Part shown: positions 63,573 through 64,000 of the stretch, in pieces
Position numbering within the stretch: the first letter of the stretch is position 1
Layout of the letters: every line of letters begins with the position of its first letter
NCBI GenBank assembly: GCA_963667795.1
Contig: OY764017.1
Location: 1,261,329-1,325,328 of the forward strand
Length of the DNA stretch: 64,000 bases
Source: Christensenellaceae bacterium
GTDB taxonomy: Bacteria > Bacillota > Clostridia > Christensenellales > CAG-138
Reading direction: 5' to 3'
Program-made: the position numbers and the translations under genes
The notes under the pieces: model-generated
Told to the model about the DNA's origin: nothing
The model's database searches: none
The model's input: only the letters and a program-made list of their open reading frames with translations

Positions 63573-64000
63573 ATGGCACTCAATCAAACCCTGAGACCCG
63601 GCCTGATTCAGCTGCGGGTGCTGGACCTGGACAAAACGTTGGAATTTTACAAAAACATTCTCGGTTTGGACGAGGTCGCCCGTACGGCGGACGGCCGTGT
63701 TTGCCTGAAAACCTACGACGAGTTTGACCACCACTCGGTCACCCTGCGCAAAGCCGATGAGGCGGGCGTGGACTCCGTAGCGTTCAAGGTAGACTCAGAA
63801 GAGACGCTCGATCGTATGGCGAAGGAAACCGAAGCCTTTGGCTATCCGGTTACGGAAGTCCCCGCCAACACGGATCAGCCGGGCTTTGGCCGTCGTTTCC
63901 GTTTCACAATCTCGACCGGTCATGTGTTCGAGCTCTATGCAACGGTCGATCTCGCGCCGAAGCACCCCGGCCTTCTCAATCCGGATATCTGGGAAGAACA
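63573..64000 (+). CDS. catechol 2,3-dioxygenase (type I extradiol, VOC fold); 3' end beyond the window
   Basis: Not in the ORF track because it is open at the window edge. ATG 63573 follows AAAGGAGAG. My translation: MALNQTLRPGLIQLRVLDLDKTLEFYKNILGLDEVART...DEFDHHSVTLRKADEAGVDSVAFKV... Confidence 0.75.
   Translation, partial: MALNQTLRPGLIQLRVLDLDKTLEFYKNILGLDEVARTADGRVCLKTYDEFDHHSVTLRKADEAGVDSVAFKVDSEETLDRMAKETEAFGYPVTEVPANTDQPGFGRRFRFTISTGHVFELYATVDLAPKHPGLLNPDIWEE

Noticed and set aside
1-64000. A window-wide search for CRISPR arrays, tRNA/rRNA genes, IS elements, integrases, toxin-antitoxin pairs or known defence-system genes
   Set aside because: I found no regularly spaced direct repeats, no cloverleaf-compatible intergenic sequence, and no transposase, recombinase, nuclease or helicase-type ORFs. 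The search was by eye only, so short or degenerate elements could have been missed.

Overview
This 64 kb window looks like a Firmicutes chromosome. The gene content, AGGAGG-type RBSs and hairpin-plus-T-run terminators suggest Clostridia, but that is inference by eye and nothing was computed or searched. The window is almost entirely accessory sugar and small-molecule catabolism. I support about 57 protein-coding genes, including one kinase gene that runs off the 5' edge and is missing from the supplied ORF track. I also support one Nudix gene remnant, a tandem glycine riboswitch, and a set of promoters, terminators and repeated boxes. I recognised no rRNA, tRNA, CRISPR array, transposase, integrase or phage gene.

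Blocks:
- 1-15.8 kb: an AraC-associated locus with no glycoside hydrolase. It carries a CUT2 ABC importer, an LmbE/PIG-L deacetylase, two Gfo/Idh/MocA dehydrogenases, two DegT-family aminotransferases, a xylose-isomerase-like TIM barrel, a ceramidase-like amidase, a PfkB kinase, a DOMON/CBM9-like protein and a NagB-like protein.
- 15.9-18.5 kb: a ROK regulator and an unknown polytopic membrane protein.
- 18.7-29.7 kb: an operon with a BMP-type nucleoside ABC importer, an IUNH nucleoside hydrolase, a FucI-like isomerase, an esterase and a 691-aa ADP-ribosylglycohydrolase fusion, next to a divergent Crp/Fnr regulator.
- 29.7-41.7 kb: glycine riboswitch-lpd, panE, an atypical Hsp70-like ATPase, a HUMPS-fold protein, hydrolases, dinB, plsY and a glycosyltransferase.
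- 41.9-55.4 kb: an L-arabinose regulon. It comprises an ABC importer-araA operon, a translationally coupled response regulator/kinase/binding-protein sensor, and divergent araB-araD.
- 55.9-58.4 kb: a metallophosphoesterase and a GGDEF cyclase.
- 58.7-64.0 kb: an IclR-headed aerobic meta-cleavage cluster ending in an XylT-type ferredoxin and a truncated catechol 2,3-dioxygenase.

The best candidates for undescribed biology are the hydrolase-free amino-glycoside/aminocyclitol locus (1-15.8 kb) and the ADP-ribosylglycohydrolase-containing ribosyl-compound operon (18.7-28.8 kb). All functional calls rest on motifs and remembered family signatures and need HMM or BLAST confirmation.
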